From: an uncultured virus (IMG/VR IMGVR_UViG_3300035187_003505)
Lineage: Duplodnaviria > Heunggongvirae > Uroviricota > Caudoviricetes
Virus record (IMG/VR): IMGVR_UViG_3300035187_003505
Reading direction: 5' to 3' (one strand)
DNA length: 20,000 bases
Shown: positions 17,022-20,000 of the stretch, piece after piece
How the letters are laid out: each line of letters opens with the position of its first letter
Position numbering within the stretch: the stretch's first letter is position 1
Notes under the pieces: generated by a model
Told to the model about the DNA's origin: nothing
What the model saw: the letters and a program-made list of their open reading frames with translations, nothing else
The model's database searches: none
Program-made: the position numbers and the translations under genes

Positions 17022-17092
17022 GACGATGGTTCCCGCGCACGCGCGCGTTTCATCTTACTGCGCCGATGTTGCGGGACCTTAGGCGGGACCGC

Positions 17093-17122
17093 TTGACAAC
17101 CTGCCGACCTAGGGGTTATGTT
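17093..17122 (+). promoter_or_regulatory. Early promoter P2 (sigma-70 type)
   Basis: TTGACA-18 nt-TATGTT. Confidence 0.65.
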
Positions 17123-17206
17123 GGATCCAAGCAAGGAGAACCGGCACCCGTCGCGGTCCGTTCTTTCTTTCTTGCTAGTGATCCCCTTGGGGGTCGCGCC
17201 GGGGGG

Positions 17207-17235
17207 TTGACAGACCGCCCAAAACCGACTAAGTT
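17207..17235 (+). promoter_or_regulatory. Early promoter P3 (sigma-70 type), directly upstream of the large structured RNA
   Basis: TTGACA-17 nt-TAAGTT. Predicted start site near 17241-17243. Confidence 0.7.
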
Positions 17236-17240
17236 AATTC

Positions 17241-17745
17241 CACAACCGCCAGAGACCCTATGTAATTCCCCTTCCATAACGCAGACAGTGAAGCGTGTCT
17301 CGCCTGTGAATACAGGAGTTATAGCTGTGAGCTACGGACCTTTGATGGGCTGTAGTGGCGCACATTCAAATCCCGGCGGCTAGGTATCGACCTAAGCAAG
17401 CGCGGCGAACGGGCCAATAATCCCTACCGACTTTCATGTCGGCTAACAGGGGTGAGGTTTCAAGTAGCACCGGAGTACCGGAGGGGGCAGTAGTGTGCGT
17501 TAGATGGGGAGGCCGGTGAGAGCCAGATCCCATCGTGAGCAAGCAGGATCCTCGTGCAGAGAGATCGGGCTCACAGTGCAAGCAGGTTATGCGGTATGTT
17601 ACCGGGGGTTGTCAGGCCCTACACATACTTCTCAGGGGGGTTGGGCCTCCTGCTGCTTAGATAAGGGGTGCTCTTACAGGGCCCCAATCCCGCAAGGGTT
17701 CCCTACCGTCAGGGTTATGCGACGGCTGTAAGCAGGTCTCTTTTA
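17241..17745 (+). ncRNA. Candidate large (~490-500 nt) highly structured non-coding RNA
   Basis: Closing stem AGAGACC (17251-57)/GGTCTCT (17735-41) encloses more than 12 nested helices, e.g. GCGCACATT/AGTGTGCGT, GATGGG/CCCATC, GTGAGC/GCTCAC, AGCAGG/CCTGCT, AGGCCC/GGGCCT, CTTACAG/CTGTAAG and CCC-GCAA-GGG. No convincing ORF; promoter immediately upstream. Confidence 0.65.
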
Positions 17746-17781
17746 TGTAGTCCTGGGCCAATTAACATAAAACAACTTTTC

Positions 17782-17880
17782 TACAACATACCTAGTGCAA
17801 GCTAGGCAAGGCGCGATTCGCCCATCCTGTTCTCGCAGGATGGGCCTTTCGTATGGGGGTTCAAATCCCCCTATGTTGTA
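17782..17880 (+). ncRNA. tRNA-like element (T-arm plus acceptor-like stem, no canonical anticodon arm)
   Basis: TACAACATA/TATGTTGTA 9-bp stem; GGGGG-TTCAAAT-CCCCC T-arm directly adjoining the 3' strand; GCAA-capped hairpin; 10-bp GCCCATCCTG/CAGGATGGGC arm. Confidence 0.65.
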
Positions 17881-17912
17881 TCGCTCCTACGGGAGCACCA
17901 TCTTAGGATACC

Positions 17913-18059
17913 ATGTTGTTCTTTCGTCCAGCACCAAAGATCCGCGTTTTCCCTCTTCCAGACGCTACCACTGCGCCTGGCCGCCGTGCGGCTAAATTAG
18001 CCGCTAAACAGCAGCGTAAGCTGAAAGCTGCTGGTACTTTCGTCCGTATTGAAAAATGA
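17913..18059 (+). CDS. Small basic hypothetical protein (48 aa; not in ORF track)
   Basis: MLFFRPAPKIRVFPLPDATTAPGRRAAKLAAKQQRKLKAAGTFVRIEK; AGGA upstream; ATGA overlap with the next ORF. Confidence 0.6.
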   Translation: MLFFRPAPKIRVFPLPDATTAPGRRAAKLAAKQQRKLKAAGTFVRIEK

Positions 18060-18229
18060 GTAAAGTTTATTTAATCCTTAAAACTAAGGTAATACTTGAC
18101 CTTAGTTGCTCACTGGATGTTCTTAAGGAGGTTGTAGAAGATATGGATTACAGTATTACACCTGATGTTGAGTATGCCACTCTTGTAGATAGTGAAATAC
18201 TAGATTTTGAAGTCACAGATATTAAGTAA
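18056..18229 (+). CDS. Small acidic hypothetical protein (57 aa; not in ORF track)
   Basis: MSKVYLILKTKVILDLSCSLDVLKEVVEDMDYSITPDVEYATLVDSEILDFEVTDIK; coupled to the upstream ORF by ATGA. Confidence 0.65.
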   Translation: MSKVYLILKTKVILDLSCSLDVLKEVVEDMDYSITPDVEYATLVDSEILDFEVTDIK

Positions 18230-18272
18230 TCGTTAGGCTTTCTACTCCAATCCCTATTTCCACAACCACCCC

Positions 18273-18500
18273 ATGGCCTTTACTCAGGAACAAATTTTAA
18301 CTGCTGTCGAGAATGCTGTAACCGGGCAATTTACGTCAGACTGGAATGTTGAAGGGGGATGGTCACATGAGAGTAGTACCGTAGTTCTCTCACAACCTCG
18401 CGACTATTTGTTCTTTACTACTGACGGATGGCGCACCGATAAAGAGAGAATAAAGGTGATAAAGAATATGCGAGGCATGGCAATTGTTTGCTTGATTTAA
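18273..18500 (+). CDS. Hypothetical early protein (75 aa)
   Basis: ATG preceded by a C/A-rich leader (TTCCACAACCACCC); same strand as its neighbours. Confidence 0.65.
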   Translation: MAFTQEQILTAVENAVTGQFTSDWNVEGGWSHESSTVVLSQPRDYLFFTTDGWRTDKERIKVIKNMRGMAIVCLI

Positions 18501-18507
18501 TCACATC

Positions 18508-18568
18508 ATCCCCTCCTCAAGAGTTTCCCCTAAGCGCACTGCGTCTAGGGGTACTTTTGATGAGGGAT
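18508..18568 (+). other. Long imperfect intergenic hairpin (candidate RNase III processing site)
   Basis: About 25 bp of interrupted stem, ATCCCCTCCTCAAGAGTTTCCCCTAAGCGC-act-GCGTCTAGGGGTACTTTTGATGAGGGAT; no U-tract directly after the stem. Confidence 0.55.
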
Positions 18569-18613
18569 TGTCCCTCTTTCCTCTACCCCGGCTCTTTAGC
18601 CGTCTGACTTCCT

Positions 18614-18925
18614 ATGTCAGTTACAACCGTTATCCATCCGGCTAAGGCCGCGATGGATCTTTGGCGTACAACTACGCTGCGCCCAATTCTTGATGTTGTT
18701 CTAACCGAGCGACGCCGGGACACTAACGGTAATACTGTTTTCATAGCTCGCACGGGGCTCGCTATTTATCGAGAACAGCGCGACTACACTCTCACTGAGT
18801 GTGAGAACCATGTAGCAGTGGCTCTAGAGGCCCTGAAGGAGTACTCCGTTAAAACTATGCACAAGTTGGCGGATATACGAATAACTGATGGCCATGGTGT
18901 CATTGTCTTTGAGAGGCTACCATGA
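18614..18925 (+). CDS. Hypothetical early protein (103 aa)
   Basis: ORF in a chain of ATGA-coupled small genes. Confidence 0.65.
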   Translation: MSVTTVIHPAKAAMDLWRTTTLRPILDVVLTERRRDTNGNTVFIARTGLAIYREQRDYTLTECENHVAVALEALKEYSVKTMHKLADIRITDGHGVIVFERLP

Positions 18926-19128
18926 TCGCAGAACACGCGACAGCAGAAGACTTCGCCAAATGGCGGCGCCATGCAGAAACTCTCGATCTTGGTGCTTTGC
19001 GCCATGTTGTCAGAGATTGCCGTCAGGCAGAATCTGCCATGCGTGGCTGGAACCCCACCAGAGAGGGGTACTATGCCGATCAGGCGTTCACTTATGGCGA
19101 TGAATATCGCCGGAGGCTTTCAAGATGA
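18922..19128 (+). CDS. Hypothetical early protein (68 aa)
   Basis: ATGA coupling on both sides. The DCRQA..AM..WNP.REGYY.DQ..TY.DE.RRR motif resembles small cyanophage proteins as recalled. Confidence 0.7.
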   Translation: MIAEHATAEDFAKWRRHAETLDLGALRHVVRDCRQAESAMRGWNPTREGYYADQAFTYGDEYRRRLSR

Positions 19129-19406
19129 CTAAGCCTACTAAACCTGTCACACTTCACTTCACATCTGACCCCAGCCATGGCTGGCTCCATGTCAATCGTG
19201 ACGTGGCAAAGATGATCATGGGCGATGACTACAGCCGCATATCGCAATGCTCTTATCAGCGAGGGGCGACTATCTATCTAGAAGAGGATAGTGATGCAAA
19301 GCTGTTTAAAAAAGCTTGTGAGGCAAGAGGTGTAGACCTTGATATAAAAGTCACATACTACGAACGTACTGCCCCAATCTGTTCCTACGCCACTTTCTAC
19401 CCATGA
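19125..19406 (+). CDS. Conserved phage hypothetical protein (DPxHGWLxV...YLEEDxDA family)
   Basis: FTSDPSHGWLHV...ISQCSYQRG..IYLEEDSDAKLF is a motif set seen in many phage early proteins. ATGA coupled. Confidence 0.75.
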   Translation: MTKPTKPVTLHFTSDPSHGWLHVNRDVAKMIMGDDYSRISQCSYQRGATIYLEEDSDAKLFKKACEARGVDLDIKVTYYERTAPICSYATFYP

Positions 19407-19816
19407 CGGCCATTCTCCAAGTAGTACCGACCCCCCACCTTTGGGAGGTCCATCATCCCTACTACTGCGAACTATCTAATTACTACGCCACCGGCAGGGA
19501 CAAAGGTTATCGAGAGTATGGCAGCTTTGCCGACTTCCTAACCGAAGAAGGCGATGCTGACATGGATTACAACCTTGTATTCCGATGGGATTGGAAAGAA
19601 GGCGATCCAGACGATAATGACGGTGAAATGCCCTTGCCCTACACAGGTGACGACAACTACCGCAACGGCAAGCTCTACCTTTTCATTATGCAGCAACGTA
19701 AAGGGCTGTACGAATGGATTGAAGTCGAAGTCTGTAGGGCCGATGAACCTGCTGTTCTTGCTTACCTTGCTCCTAGGTGGGACCACATGAAAAAACTATG
19801 GAGTCCTGTTCTATGA
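19403..19816 (+). CDS. Conserved phage hypothetical protein (HPYYC...DxDYNLVFRWDW family)
   Basis: 137 aa with HLWEVHHPYYC and DMDYNLVFRWDW motifs. ATGA coupled. Confidence 0.75.
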   Translation: MTAILQVVPTPHLWEVHHPYYCELSNYYATGRDKGYREYGSFADFLTEEGDADMDYNLVFRWDWKEGDPDDNDGEMPLPYTGDDNYRNGKLYLFIMQQRKGLYEWIEVEVCRADEPAVLAYLAPRWDHMKKLWSPVL

Positions 19817-20000
19817 AAAACCTGCTGGGTCACCTGTTGGAGCTGGAATCTTCAGAACTAGAAGACTTCAGTGGTAAAACATTCAATGATTTCCCACCAT
19901 CTATCACTGAAACTGTCATTGAGGAATACCGAGACTTCCGTGAGAAAGCTGATCAAATCCTCCTAGATCTAGGTCTAGGAGACAACTCCCTAGAGGATTA
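19813..20000 (+). CDS. Hypothetical acidic protein, 3'-truncated by the window edge
   Basis: ATG at 19813 overlaps the previous stop (ATGA). The frame is open to the window end (MKNLLGHLLELESSELEDFSGK...). Confidence 0.6.
   Translation, partial: MKNLLGHLLELESSELEDFSGKTFNDFPPSITETVIEEYRDFREKADQILLDLGLGDNSLED

Noticed and set aside
17066..17731. ORFs 17066-17383 (+), 17366-17581 (-) and 17504-17731 (+)
   Set aside because: They overlap promoters and dense RNA helices, have atypical G/P/R/C-rich composition and show no coupling to neighbours. A structured RNA explains the region better.
17225..17755. Group I intron (GACTA at 17227 with TAGTC at 17748 as P7), group II intron or RNase P RNA
   Set aside because: The putative P7 strands are about 520 nt apart and one lies in the promoter. 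There is no interrupted host gene, and I found no domain V motif or GAGGAAAGUCC-type RNase P core.
17782..17900. Canonical tRNA gene or (two-piece) tmRNA
   Set aside because: No U8/A14 D-arm pattern, no 7-nt anticodon loop, no G3-U70 alanine acceptor identity and no tag reading frame recognised. Kept only as a tRNA-like element.
17795..17995. 66-aa + strand ORF
   Set aside because: It runs through the tRNA-like element. The alternative ORF 17913-18059 has a better start context and ATGA coupling.

Overview
This window is a 20-kb segment of a dsDNA tailed phage, most likely a siphovirus-like cyanophage. The host call is inferred from a picocyanobacterial AbrB-like regulator, a group 1/2-like sigma-70 factor, a cyanobacterial-type M15A homolog and SD-less pyrimidine-rich leaders. 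Layout: (+) tail/structural genes and a membrane-anchored coiled-coil protein (1-4618); (-) a replication arm with primase-helicase, RHH protein, Dda/RecD-like helicase, DNA polymerase A, AbrB-like regulator and a degenerate M15 peptidase (4612-12937); (+) RHH protein, acidic-tailed SSB-like protein, XRE HTH, PD-(D/E)XK exonuclease, dNMP kinase, YodC-like protein and sigma factor (13069-16890); a ~1-kb non-coding control region; then small early-type genes. The most striking unexplained signal is the non-coding region. It holds three tandem sigma-70 promoters, a ~490-nt densely base-paired candidate large ncRNA closed by a terminal stem, a tRNA-like element with a perfect T-arm but no canonical anticodon arm, and a UACG microhelix ending in ACCA. 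Other notable items are alternating-orientation GGTTGCAAAATC iterons inside the 3' end of the primase-helicase gene (candidate origin), an apparently catalytically dead M15A homolog with its own promoter, and a sigma factor with altered promoter-contact residues. All family assignments come from recognising motifs by eye; no database searches were run.
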